A stretch of 62,717 nt of DNA, counting the filler, from Octopus bimaculoides (Eukaryota): the NCBI RefSeq assembly GCF_001194135.2. It is 5 parts of 5 records of this genome, joined end to end, with 100 filler letters (N's around TTAATTAATTAA, not from the genome) between each part and the next. Parts side by side here need not be neighbours in the genome. Positions count along the whole stretch, not along the records: positions 19,640 to 27,357 come from NC_068985.1; positions 27,458 to 51,857 come from NC_068987.1; 3 more parts are not named here. One strand, written 5' to 3'. A model generated the notes under the pieces. The model was not told the DNA's origin. It ran no database searches and saw nothing but the letters and a program-made list of their open reading frames with translations. Position 1 is the stretch's first letter, and every line of letters starts with the position of its first letter. A program made the translations under genes and the position numbers. Below, in pieces: positions 25,784-38,039 of the stretch.

Positions 25784-27197
25784 TGTGTACATACTTACAT
25801 ACATGNNNNNNNNNNNNNNNNNNNNNNNNNNNNNNNNNNNNNNNNNNNNNNNNNNNNNNNNNNNNNNNNNNNNNNNNNNNNNNNNNNNNNNNNNNNNNNN
25901 NNNNNNNNNNNNNNNNNNNNNNNNNNNNNNNNNNNNNNNNNNNNNNNNNNNNNNNNNNNNNNNNNNNNNNNNNNNNNNNNNNNNNNNNNNNNNNNNNNNN
26001 NNNNNNNNNNNNNNNNNNNNNNNNNNNNNNNNNNNNNNNNNNNNNNNNNNNNNNNNNNNNNNNNNNNNNNNNNNNNNNNNNNNNNNNNNNNNNNNNNNNN
26101 NNNNNNNNNNNNNNNNNNNNNNNNNNNNNNNNNNNNNNNNNNNNNNNNNNNNNNNNNNNNNNNNNNNNNNNNNNNNNNNNNNNNNNNNNNNNNNNNNNNN
26201 NNNNNNNNNNNNNNNNNNNNNNNNNNNNNNNNNNNNNNNNNNNNNNNNNNNNNNNNNNNNNNNNNNNNNNNNNNNNNNNNNNNNNNNNNNNNNNNNNNNN
26301 NNNNNNNNNNNNNNNNNNNNNNNNNNNNNNNNNNNNNNNNNNNNNNNNNNNNNNNNNNNNNNNNNNNNNNNNNNNNNNNNNNNNNNNNNNNNNNNNNNNN
26401 NNNNNNNNNNNNNNNNNNNNNNNNNNNNNNNNNNNNNNNNNNNNNNNNNNNNNNNNNNNNNNNNNNNNNNNNNNNNNNNNNNNNNNNNNNNATATATATA
26501 TATATATATATAACTGTGTGAGAGAGAGATACAGAATAGAAGATGACAACCAGTCTCATGTGGAGGTACTGCGCAAAGTTTCGGATTATAGAATCATTTA
26601 TATAGTTTTCAAGATTAAAAAATATGCAAACATATACATATCTTCTATTCCTCTCGTTCAATTTTACAAACTTATATATATGCATAAGTGGGAGTGTGTG
26701 ACTATATGCATGAATGTATCTACTTACATATGTATGTGTATACGCAAGATATAAATAATCATAATACAAAATGGACGGGCTTGACACAAATAGAGATTTA
26801 TTACAAAGAGCCAGTTGTCGTTGGAAAACAATTTGTATCAGAAATCAGACGTTAATATAAGAGGACATAAAGACAGTAAAAAGATACGTTTGCACACGCA
26901 CTCACACACACGCACACACGCACGCACACACACTCACACACACGTAGAAAAGCATTTCTATTTATTTTATATTCTCATACATATTAATGAAAAAACATTT
27001 GTTTGTGTGTATATATATGCGTGTGTGTGTGTGTGTGCGTTTGTGTTAGTGTGTGTGAATGTGCGTGCTTGTATGTGCGTGTGTGGGCGAGCGTGTATAT
27101 CTGAATGTACGTACGTGTATGCACTCAGTGTCTAGATGAAACCCTAGTCCCACCACAAACATGCATGTGTGCATGTAAGTTTGTGTGTGTGTGTGTA

Positions 27198-27239
<42 letters not shown>

Positions 27240-27357
27240 CGCGCGTATATTTATGTATGTACCTATTTATATGATATAATTACCATGAACACAAAACAGT
27301 AGAAACTAAAGTTTGACAAATAATATATTAGCTTGATGTTTTTTTTAGAAAGATAAA

Positions 27358-27457
27358 NNNNNNNNNNNNNNNNNNNNNNNNNNNNNNNNNNNNNNNNNNN
27401 NTTAATTAATTAANNNNNNNNNNNNNNNNNNNNNNNNNNNNNNNNNNNNNNNNNNNN
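27358..27457. other. Synthetic scaffold spacer N44-TTAATTAATTAA-N44
   Basis: Same 100-nt structure. Confidence 0.95.
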
Positions 27458-27696
27458 ATCTATCGTGTTGTTACATCATCTGCCTAACATTTCATTGAAC
27501 AAAGATTTGTTTACATTTTTGCTTTCGAGGTGTATGAAGCGCCCAATTTTTGTTTTGGTATTTTTAAGGGCGGAATTGGCCCCTAGGGGCAGTTTCATCA
27601 CTACTTTAATATCGAATCTTCTTTCTCGATTTTAAAAATGTCGAGAAATTTGATTGTGGAGCACTGGTCAAAGTCATTCATGGATGAACATTTTCC

Positions 27697-27900
27697 GGTA
27701 AATTTTCAGATTAACACCCGCATGATTTTCACTAGGGTGTTAGGGTTAGGGTTTTAGGGTCAGGGTTAGGGTTACGGTTACGGCTTTAGGTTTAGGGAAT
27801 TCTGTCCCTAAGCCTAACCCTAAAACCCTAACCCTGATCCTAAAACCGTAACCCTAACACCCTAGTGAAAATCGTGCGGGTGTTAATCTGAAAATTTACC
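27697..27900. mobile_element. 204-bp foldback MITE of telomere-like repeats, 8-bp TSD CATTTTCC
   Basis: About 50-bp TIRs (GGTAAATTTTCAGATTAACACCCGCA...CACTAGGGTGTTAGGGTT) with one mismatch. TTAGGG variants lie left of centre and CCCTAA variants right. CATTTTCC at 27689-27696 and 27901-27908. Confidence 0.85.
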
Positions 27901-27921
27901 CATTTTCCCCGCCTAGGAGTG

Positions 27922-29880
27922 ATGGAGAGAAAAAAAGAAGAATGAATCTTTCGAACGCGCACACTCCAAAACAAGTGCTGGAAAAGAAATTGTTGTCATT
28001 GCTAGGAATAATAATTCCACAACCGTTGTCAGCCCTGTCATCACCACCACGACTACCACATCCACTACCACAACAACCATTAACAACAACAAGATCAATA
28101 TTATCGCTACAATTGTGCCTGCTGATTCGCATGAATTGAATATCTCACCTATTACTGGTGAAGATATTAATACTAATAAGAATGCACCATCCACTGTTTC
28201 TGGTATCGCCAATACAAACATTACCACCACCACCAACAAAAAGAGCACTATGGTTACTAAACCAAATGCCCCAAGCAATGTCACTACTGACACTAGTGAC
28301 ACCAATTTTGCTGCGACAACCACCAACACCCACAAAGACAACAACAATACAAAGAAAAGTTCCACAAATTTTGAAGAGATGTTAAAACAAAAAAAAGAAA
28401 TTCTACATTTCACAAATGAAGAACTACTTGAGACCAGGTCACTTTTCACAACATCCGGGCAAAACTTAATATTACACACACCATAACACGTTAGAGATGA
28501 TGTTGAAAAAAAGACAATCATGTATAAAATAATTTTAAAAAACCCCAAAATCAACAGAACAAATCACAAAAACAGATGTAGAAAAATGTGCTAAACCCAT
28601 CATGAAAATCAAAGAGTACATAAACTGGGGTCTCCAATATAATACTGTGCAGGTCCACTTCCATAATCAGGATGAAGCAAAACAACACTACGCAAGCTTT
28701 ACAAAATGATGAACTCGTCATGATCCCATACTACATGGGACAGAAAGTCAGTAAAATAAAAATAAAGAATGTCCTACCCAAAATTGAATCAAAGTGGATC
28801 ACATCAGCGATATGTTTTCATTTGAAAACAATAAACATAATAGAAATCGCTGTTTTTCATAATGAAAATTGGACAGGCAAATCAATTGAAATCACAATCC
28901 AAATGGATCAAGATTCAATTGAAAAATTGCCAAATGTGATCCAACTTGAGAACAGACAAAGCCTGTATGTGGTGGCAGAGGGGGAAAAACCACGTTGCTA
29001 CCTCTGCGGCAACCCAGACCACTTAATAGCAAAGTGCGTTTTGGCACATAAAAAACAACAACAAGGAGAACAATTACAATCAAAACACCAAACAAATAGA
29101 AGACAACTTTTGCTACCAACACCACCAAACCCACAAATGATCCAAGAAATATACAAAAAAATGGAATCTTGTCAAGAGCAACATATCAACAAGCAAAACC
29201 AAACGACATCACCATCAACACCAAGAAGAGAAACAACACCACCACCAACATCAAAAGATAGACCAACACCAGCACCAAGAATAACAACCAAGAAAACAAA
29301 TATCAATGAAGAAAAGACAAATACTAACCCTAATTCCCCAACAACACACACACCACAAAACACAACATCTAAAAGTACACACATAAAACCAGATGCCTTG
29401 CCCTTACCCCCTTCTGATCTGTCGGACTTTTAGTCTAACATTGAAAGTCCAGTAGAATGGCAAATAGCCACAGGGGGTAAAAGAAAAAGATTAAAAAAAA
29501 ACAAGACAAAATCAAACACAAGCAAAGCAGAGAGGTACACATCGCCTGAAAGCCCCTTACACAACCAAACCAGCACCAACACCACAAAAACGCATACAAT
29601 GCTCTCTGCTATAAACACAAAAGACACAAAACTAATGAACTATATCGCATCTCACACAAACATATATGAAGATGACTTCAAAAATAATCACCCACGAACA
29701 ACACCACCAGAACATATTAAAATAATACACATGACACAAACACAGTAGCACACACTCAAATCCTTCTATCCAAATGTGGTAGGAGAGTTCCAAAAATTCC
29801 TATCTAAAAAGTTATGTAAAGACCTCCTTCAAGACACTTCAAAGGAGGAGGAATGTAAAACTTTTGAAATGAGTAAGTAA
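27922..29880 (+). pseudogene. LINE ORF1 (Thr/Asn-rich N-terminus, CX2CX4HX4C knuckle, Pro/Thr-rich tail), frameshifted
   Basis: LYVVAEGEKPRCYLCGNPDHLIAKC. Fragments in several frames can be joined, ending FEMSK* at 29880. Confidence 0.75.
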
Positions 29881-29916
29881 CTTTCTCTCTCGTCTCTTTA
29901 CTGTTTCGACAAAATT

Positions 29917-32900
29917 ATGCTTAAATTAGGTTGTGTAAATGTATGTGGCTTGGCATCAGCTTGGAAACAAGGTTATCATCAAGTCACAGAATGTAGAAAT
30001 CATAGCTATCAGTGAAACCAGACTCAGTAACCCGAGCCCTCGCATCCATGTTTGGCGGACAATTCGACATTTATTTTTCTCCCTGTCTGCCAAACATGGG
30101 TGGTGGTGGTACCACGGTGCTTTTTCGGAAGAGTCTAAGCCTAAAAGTAAGGCCAATATTCCTAGACCCAGAGGGTAGGCTGGTTGTCTTGGACGTCAAT
30201 GGCAGAAATGAGTGTGCTTTCCGTCTGATGGCAGCGTATGCACCATCCTTAACGGGTCGAGCGGATTTCTTTAGACGTCTAGAGGTTTTCCTGGGAACGT
30301 CTTGACCTTTACTGTTAGTAGAGGATTGAAACGCTACCTTAGACACACATTTAGACTATGTGGGAATGGATAGGAATAGAAGGGGATGTAAGTGCCTCAA
30401 AGACCTGCTCAGACGTTTTCATTTGTCTGACAGGTTCTGACTCAACCATCCGAACATGCCAACGTGAACTTGGACAAACCGCGTTGGATTGTATCTAGAT
30501 AGAGTTCTATGTAGGACAGAGGATAGAGATAGTGTAGGATGCCCACAATTTAAAATAGTCAGCTACACAGATCACAAATTTGTGATGTGTACACTCGACT
30601 TAGATAAGACACATAGGCAGGGTCCCAGTTACTGGAAACTGAACACTTCACTCTTAGCGCGGCAGGTTTACAGGAACCAGATTAGCGAGTTAATTAAGAG
30701 GGCATTAACAGGAGCCATCGTTAACAACCGCTGGTGGTTTGCCCTAAAAATGGCAATTAAATCGGAATCGATTAGGTTTAGCAAAGAATTAGCGATAGAT
30801 CGAAATAGAGTAGAGGGAGACTTAGTTAAGAAACTAGAAGTACTTACAACTGGCAGCGCAACCAACGTGTTGGCTGCGAGGATGGCCCTCGACCAACACC
30901 TCAACACCAAACACGAAGGTTGTGTCGTCAGAGCTAAAATGCATACCTTAAGGAACAAAGGGATCGAAGCTGTGCAAGAAGCCCGGGTAGCAGAGGCACA
31001 ATGCAGCAACAAAGCCACCATTCGGTCTCTAATAGATCAACAGGGATGCAATTTACTCAAATCCGAAAGGATGTATGAGGCCTTTCAACAGCACTTTGCT
31101 TGACCGTTTGGTGTGAGTGGTGGGTCGGAACGCAGGATAGACTTCAGTACCTACCTGACTGGCCTGCCGCAGCTCTCTGCAAGAGAAGCAGAGTGTTGTG
31201 AGGGTCCCATCACAGCTGCTGAAGTAAGGGATGCAATGGCGGGCTGTGCGAGGGATAAGTCGCCTGGATTGGATGGTCTACCCTACGAGCTGTATTGTCA
31301 AATGCCAGATTGTTTGGCGACCTCTTGGCATCAATCTACTGCAACTGGCAACAAAACGGGAGAATTCCCGGTTTCGTGAGCCGAGGTGCAGTGACATTGC
31401 TGAAGAAAGACCCAAACAAGGGGAATTTTATAGATAATTTCAGGCCCATCACTCTGCTCAATGCAGATTTTAAAATTTAGGCCAAAGTAATAGCCAAGAG
31501 GTTGGCGCTTGTTATCGATAAACTGGTCAACAAGGCGCAAACATGCGCCGTGCTGGGCAGAAGCATCCATGACAACTTCCACCTCATGCGCTACATCATG
31601 GACAGGGTAGTTAAGGATCCTGGCATGGGTGGGGCGCTGATCAATTTGGATCAATCTAAAACTCTCGATAGGGTCGACCATCAATACCTGGCGGCCGTCC
31701 TCAGGGCAGCTGGCTTTGGTCCCATCTTCCGCGGTTGGATTGCTGCCTTGTATAGCAGCATCCAATCAGTAATTCGGGTAAACAGTCACCTGTCAAAACC
31801 GTTCGAAATCACGTGTTCGGTCCATCAAGGATGTCCCCTGTCGGCGCTTCTGTATGTATTGTCTCTCGAGCCACTACTGCAGAAGCTGGCGACACTGAGG
31901 GGTATCCCACGGGAGCTCAGTTGTGGGACGAGCGTGTCGGCATATGCGGACGATGTCAACGTCATAGTCTCAAGCCAAAAGCACATTGAGATGCAAGCGA
32001 GACACTTAAAGAATATGAAACGGTAACAGGAGCAAAAATTAACCCAGAAAAGTCACTGGGTTTGCTACTCGGCACCTGGAGAAGCAAGCCCATACCGTCC
32101 AACAGCAACTCCGTAGTGGAACGCTGGACGGAAGGACCGGTTAAACTGCTTGGGGTCTGGTTCAGTCCGGACCTCCAAATGGATAAGAACTGGGACGAGA
32201 TCACGAATAGAGTGGTCACTCTCAGCCAAACATAGGCCGAGAGAAAGCTATCTCTAAAAGGTCGGGCGGAGGTGGCTGATGCGTATATCGCATCAGTCAT
32301 CGATTACCGCCTGACCGTTGTGCCTTGTCCTGATGCCACCATCACGAAACTAGAACGCATACTCTTCCTCTTTCTGTGGAAGAGTAGCGTTCTGATGGTG
32401 AGGCGATCCATTTGCTGTCAACATCTGGGGATGCTGTGGTTAATGATGTGCAGACATGCGCTGAGACTGCGGCATCTCTGGAACACCATTGACGACGGTG
32501 AACAGGTGCGAGCACTGTTTGTGAGGTGCGCCTTCCCGCAGCTCGTCTCACTCACCGAACTGCAAACATGGATGAAAAAGAGACCGAAACTGGGCGATTG
32601 GCACCGCGAGTGTCGCCCAGCTCTACAGCAGCTCTGCCGTCGAGGATCAAACTTGTGCAACTTCCAAACAACCAATGTGTTCTATAGCGGACTAGTGGAG
32701 GGGAGGTCCGATGACACTCTCGGGGAAACCTGGGTCTATGGATAACTTCCAGAGATCCCTGGCTTGGCAATGCTGTTTGAGAGAAGATCTACAGACACGG
32801 TTTGAAAACCACCGGACCGACCTGCCCAAGTTGCGGTCAGAGCGACAAAACTGTTCTGCATGCACTCGTGCAGTGTCTAGATATTTCAGAGCTGTGGACC

Positions 32901-33239
32901 TTTGTCGAACGGCTGTTGTCACGTGTGGGACAAGCCCGTTTATCAGCCGAGTCTATCGGGAATATTGTTCTGCCACCTTCCTTTAAACAGGAAGGGAAAA
33001 CAGTTTTCGTAACACTGATAGCTATGGCAAAAGAATGCATGTGGTGGATGCATTTGGAAGGTTTACAAACAAACACTTTCCTCTCTGGTCAGTCTCTTGT
33101 CAATTATTTCAAGTACCACTTGAAAAGGAGGATGAGAATAGAGAGGAAAGTGTTATCGAATGAAAGTTTCAAAAAATGGGTAAATGTGGCAAGAATGGTA
33201 AATATGAAAGAGGACACCATTTTAAGCATAAACTTATAA
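29917..33239 (+). pseudogene. LINE ORF2 (APE endonuclease, reverse transcriptase, CCHC finger), disrupted
   Basis: MLKLGCVNV; IIAISETRL; LDRVLC; YTDHKFV; DKSPGLDGLP; FRPITLLNAD; LDQSKTLDRVDH; HQGCPLS; AYADDV; CPSCGQSDKTVLHALVQC. Confidence 0.93.
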
Positions 33240-33517
33240 CAAAAAGAGAAAACGAGAGAAAAGGTACTTACTTTTATGTACATTTTGAACTGCCTGAGGT
33301 GACCTTGGTATTTTTTTGTAGGTTTTTCTCTCTAAACTGTGAATATTATTTATTCCCGTTTTTTTGGAAAATTAGAATTTTTGTACACCACACACCCANN
33401 NNNNNNNNNNNNNNNNNNNNNNNNNNNNNNNNNNNNNNNNNNNNNNNNTATTTCGTCCAATTTCTATGTTTAGCCCTGTGTTGCTATAATAAAAAGATAG
33501 CTATCTATCTATCTATC

Positions 33518-33983
33518 AGCACAATGAGTGTCGCGTTGCTCTCAAGCAACTCTGCCGTCTGGGACCAAACTTGTGCGACTTCATCACAACAAAGGCATTC
33601 TATAGAAGATTAGTGGAGGGGAGGTGCGACGACATTCTCGGGCAGAATCTGGGCGTCAATGAGGAACACCTGACCCGCCTATTTAGGACAACCTTCGGGC
33701 TGGGACCTATGGACAATCACCAGAGATCCCTAGCCTGGCAGTGCTATCGAGAAGCATTACCTGTTCAGGATAAGCTCTACAGGCACGGTTCGAGACACAC
33801 CGGACCGACTTGCCCGAGATGCAGTGATACACGTTCCCCTTTTTTTGTTTTTCCGAACGATTTTGATCGGAATTTTACTTTTTTCTCATTTTTTTACCCT
33901 TTTTTTCTCTCATTTTTGAAAAGAAAAGCTCTACATATGCATTTGTCCCCTCTGTGTTCAGCCCTGTGTGGCTAATAAAGAAA
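33518..33983 (+). mobile_element. 5'-truncated, internally deleted Tx1-type copy B
   Basis: Homologous to copy A from about 32603. GPTCPRCSD is joined directly to the 3' UTR. Ends GCCCTGTGTGGCTAATAAAGAAA. Confidence 0.88.
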
Positions 33984-34012
33984 GTTGCCTGCCTGCCTAC
34001 CTACCGACCTAT

Positions 34013-34973
34013 TGTGAGTGTTGTGTTGCTCTTGAGCAATTATGCCGTCCTGAGTCGACCTTGCATTCTATAGGGGATTAGCAGAGGAGAGGTACAACAA
34101 CGATCTTGGGGTGCACCTGGGCGTCGACAAGGAATACTTGACCTACATGTTCAAGACAGCTTTCAGGCCGGGACCTATGGACAACTTCCAGAGATCCCTG
34201 GCCTGGCAGTGCTATCAAGAATCACTACCTGTTCGGGATAAGCTCTACAGGAATGGCTCAAGAAACACAGGGCCAACCTGCCCAAGATGAGGTCAGAGCG
34301 ATGAAACCATCCTACACGCACGCGTACAGTGTCCAACCATTTCCGAACTGTGGGCTTATGTCGAATGACTGCTATTGTGTGTGGGATGAGTCGGTTTATC
34401 AACCCAGTCTATCATGAATATTGTCACGCCTCCTTCTTTGAAATGGGAAGTAAGTGCCATTTTCATCATACTTGTGGCTATGACGAAAGAATGTGTATGG
34501 TGGACGCATCTGAAAGGCCTAGAGACAAACACTTACCTCTCTGATCAATCTCTCATCAACTTCTTCAAGTATCACTTGAAGAGGAAGGTGAGAGTGGAGA
34601 GGGAAGTTTTGTCTAGTGAATGTTTCAAAAAAAGATGGGTGAATGTAGCAAGGATGGCACATGTGAATGACTGAGCCAGCTTGAGCATAATCCTATGAAC
34701 CAAAATAAGAAAGGAAAAAAGAGTCACTTACTGTAAAAAATTGCATGACATTATTGCCCAAGGTTTCTGTGGTCTTTTCTGTAGACTTTTCTTTCAACGG
34801 ATACACATAATCTGTTTTCCTGTTTTCCCTATTGATTGGCGTTTTTTTTTTTCTCCATGATCCCTTTTGAATGAAATTCGATCCACATTTTTTTTTCTCT
34901 TCTTCCCAAAACGAAAAGCTCTACTTTGTATTTTGTCCCCTCTATGTTCAGCCCTGTGTGGCCAATAAAGAAA
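34013..34973 (+). mobile_element. 5'-truncated Tx1-type copy C
   Basis: Homologous to copy A 32606-end (KECVWWTHLKGLETN...FFKYHLKRK). Ends GCCCTGTGTGGCCAATAAAGAAA followed by CTAT-like repeats. Confidence 0.88.
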
Positions 34974-35223
34974 CATATATATCTATCTATCAGCCTATCT
35001 ACTTACCTATATTTCTATCTATCCATCTACATTGTCTAGGAACCTCACCCAAAAAAAAATAAAAAACAATGTCCTCTACTAAACAAAATCCTCAAAAAAC
35101 ATCTGTTTTATATAAATGAACAANNNNNNNNNNNNNNNNNNNNNNNNNNNNNNNNNNNNNNNNNNNNNNNNNNNNNNNNNNNNNNNNNNNNNNNNNNNNN
35201 NNNNNNNNNNNNNNNNNNNNNNN

Positions 35224-36230
35224 GGGTGTGACTTATTACGCCATCTACGATACGTCTTGCTAGGTGAAAATCAACTTAAAAAGAAAGCCTTACAACGAAA
35301 AAACCCTTATGATGTAAATATGTTCATAATTCAAAAGACATTGAAATTAATAGGGAAAGTCTGAAGGTTGTTTTGCGTAACATTATTAAGCATACATAAA
35401 TTTCATACATCTAATTGGCTATAGATATGCTTGTGCAAAACAAATTTTTGCGCTGCCCTGATTATACATAGCAGGGTAATCCCTTTTAGCAGGAGGTAGG
35501 ACGGCAATTTCTGATGAAGCAATTGCTGGCAATCTGTTGCTACACAGTTTTGCCAGAATTCTATCAGATTGGGCAGAAGATGTTGATGCACCATTTTGCA
35601 TTATGTTCAAAGTAGCTTCTGGAATGTGGTGAATTACTGTAGTCTGTTGCTGTCTTTTTAAACCGGTTGCTTTCTTTCCCTAGCAAACTCTTTTCTTTGG
35701 AGGCATAATCTATGTATATATTAAACAGAACAACAGAAGTTATAATAGATGGCAGGGTCAGTAATTTTCACATTTCTGTAATTTTTCAGATTAACACCCG
35801 CACGATTACCCAGCCCTAACCCTAAAACCCTAAACCTAACCCTAGCACTAACCCTAAACCCTAACCCTGACCTTAAACCCTAACCCTAACACCGTAACCG
35901 TAACACTAACCGTAACCCTAACTGTAAACCCTAACCCTAACTGTAAACCTAAAACCCTAACCCTAACACCCTAGTGAAAATCGTGGTATATTTACCAAAC
36001 ATTGACGAACATGAGTTATATTGTAGTCAATGATTGTGTGTACAGGTAGAAGGGAAGAAATATAGAAGTTGCTAGAAACAACAGCCAAATCTCCCTTAAA
36101 TCACACAAAGTAAACGGAATTTACAAATTTTTAAATCAATGGAATTTTTTCGATGTGAACTTTCCGGTGCAGTAATTACGTGCCCAACATATAATATAGA
36201 GAGTAAGAGTAAAAGAGGGAGAGAGAGAGA
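35224..36230 (-). mobile_element. Rearranged second copy of the non-autonomous Helitron at 44474-46439
   Basis: 35224-35777 is the reverse complement of about 45930-46415. 36000-36230 matches pieces of 44576-44790 and about 45810-45865. The terminus is hidden in a gap. Confidence 0.75.
35778..35996. mobile_element. Second telomeric-variant element, repeats in one orientation
   Basis: Shares TTTTCAGATTAACACCCGCA and CCCTAACACCCTAGTGAAAATCGTG...TTTACC with the 27697 MITE. The interior consists only of CCCTAA variants. Confidence 0.8.
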
Positions 36231-37070
36231 NNNNNNNNNNNNNNNNNNNNNNNNNNNNNNNNNNNNNNNNNNNNNNNNNNNNNNNNNNNNNNNNNNNNNN
36301 NNNNNNNNNNNNNNNNNNNNNNNNNNNNNNNNNNNNNNNNNNNNNNNNNNNNNNNNNNNNNNNNNNNNNNNNNNNNNNNNNNNNNNNNNNNNNNNNNNNN
36401 NNNNNNNNNNNNNNNNNNNNNNNNNNNNNNNNNNNNNNNNNNNNNNNNNNNNNNNNNNNNNNNNNNNNNNNNNNNNNNNNNNNNNNNNNNNNNNNNNNNN
36501 NNNNNNNNNNNNNNNNNNNNNNNNNNNNNNNNNNNNNNNNNNNNNNNNNNNNNNNNNNNNNNNNNNNNNNNNNNNNNNNNNNNNNNNNNNNNNNNNNNNN
36601 NNNNNNNNNNNNNNNNNNNNNNNNNNNNNNNNNNNNNNNNNNNNNNNNNNNNNNNNNNNNNNNNNNNNNNNNNNNNNNNNNNNNNNNNNNNNNNNNNNNN
36701 NNNNNNNNNNNNNNNNNNNNNNNNNNNNNNNNNNNNNNNNNNNNNNNNNNNNNNNNNNNNNNNNNNNNNNNNNNNNNNNNNNNNNNNNNNNNNNNNNNNN
36801 NNNNNNNNNNNNNNNNNNNNNNNNNNNNNNNNNNNNNNNNNNNNNNNNNNNNNNNNNNNNNNNNNNNNNNNNNNNNNNNNNNNNNNNNNNNNNNNNNNNN
36901 NNNNNNNNNNNNNNNNNNNNNNNNNNNNNNNNNNNNNNNNNNNNNNNNNNNNNNNNNNNNNNNNNNNNNNNNNNNNNNNNNNNNNNNNNNNNNNNNNNNN
37001 NNNNNNNNNNNNNNNNNNNNNNNNNNNNNNNNNNNNNNNNNNNNNNNNNNNNNNNNNNNNNNNNNNNNNN

Positions 37071-38035
37071 NGCTTTTTATGTGCCACTAGCAAAAGAGCC
37101 TGACAGCGGCCCTGGCAACGATCCCGCTCGAATGGTGCTTTTATCGTTCCACTGGCACGGGTGCCAATCAGGCGGTTTCTGTCATCGGCCACGACAACGG
37201 TTTCACTTTCCTCAACAGGTCTTCGCAAGCATAGTTTATTGTTCAATGATTGAAGGGTACTCTTAAATGGGCTGGTTATACAGCACTGGCATAGGTCACA
37301 GTTATGGTCTCGCTTGGCTGGCCAGGTCTTCTCAAGCACACCATATTTCCAAAGGTCTCAGTTACTTGTCATTGCCTTGGTGAGGCCCAATGTTCGAAGG
37401 TTGTGCTTCACCACCTCATCCCAGGTCTTCCTGGGTCTACCTCTGTCACAGATTCCCTCAACTGCTAGGGTGTGACACTTTTTCACACAGCTGTCCTTAT
37501 CCATTTACAACACATGACCATACCAGCGCAGTCATCTCTCTTGCACACCACATCTGATGCTTCTTAAGTCCAACTTTTCTCTCAGAGCGCTTACACTCTG
37601 TCGTGTATGCACACTGACATTACACATCCAGCAGAGCATACTGGCTTCATTCCTTGCAAGCTTTCGTATGTCCTCAGCAGTCACGGCCCATGTTTCACTG
37701 CCATGTAGNNNNNNNNNNTACACATCCAGCAGAGCATACTGGCTTCATTCCTTGCAAGCTTTCGTATGTCCTCAGCAGTCACGGCCCATGTTTCACTGCC
37801 ATGTAGCATGGCTTTTCGTACACATGCATCATACAGTCTGCCTTTTACTCTGAGTGAGAGGCCCTTTGTCACCAGCAGAGGTAAGAGCTCTCTGAACTTT
37901 GCCCAGGCTATTTTTATTCTATCAGCTATACTTTCACTGCACCCTCCCCCACTACTGACTTGGTCACCTAGGTAATGGAAGCTATCAACTACTTCTAGTT
38001 TTTCTCCCTGGAGTGTTGCAAAGGTTGTTTTCGGC
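37071..38035 (-). mobile_element. 5'-truncated RTE-clade LINE (family R1)
   Basis: LEVVDSFHYLGD...AWAKFRELLPLL...MLHGSETW...RLRWYGHV...GRGRPRKTW, plus a 3' UTR sub-repeat. Confidence 0.88.
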
Positions 38036-38039
38036 ACTG

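Larger units (their letters stand above)
27922..33496 (+). mobile_element. Near full-length Tx1/L1-type LINE (copy A), inactive
   Basis: ORF1 with a zinc knuckle; ORF2 with APE, RT and C-terminal CCHC; 3' UTR ending GCCCTGTGTTGCTATAATAAAAAGA followed by (CTAT)n. Confidence 0.92.

Noticed and set aside
27720-27870. Telomere-telomere fusion scar (TTAGGG facing CCCTAA)
   Set aside because: The repeats are enclosed by near-perfect TIRs and an exact 8-bp TSD, and a relative occurs at 35778, so a transposon explains it better.
27913-28554. 213-aa hydrophobic antisense ORF
   Set aside because: Mirror of the A/C-rich, low-complexity ORF1 strand; stop scarcity is explained by composition.
29866-29880. 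Splice donor GTAAGT between ORF1 and ORF2
   Set aside because: Coincides with the final ORF1 codons (M-S-K-stop); no evidence of use.
37621-37806. 88-bp tandem duplication in the RTE copy
   Set aside because: Identical copies flank a 10-N gap; likely an assembly artefact.
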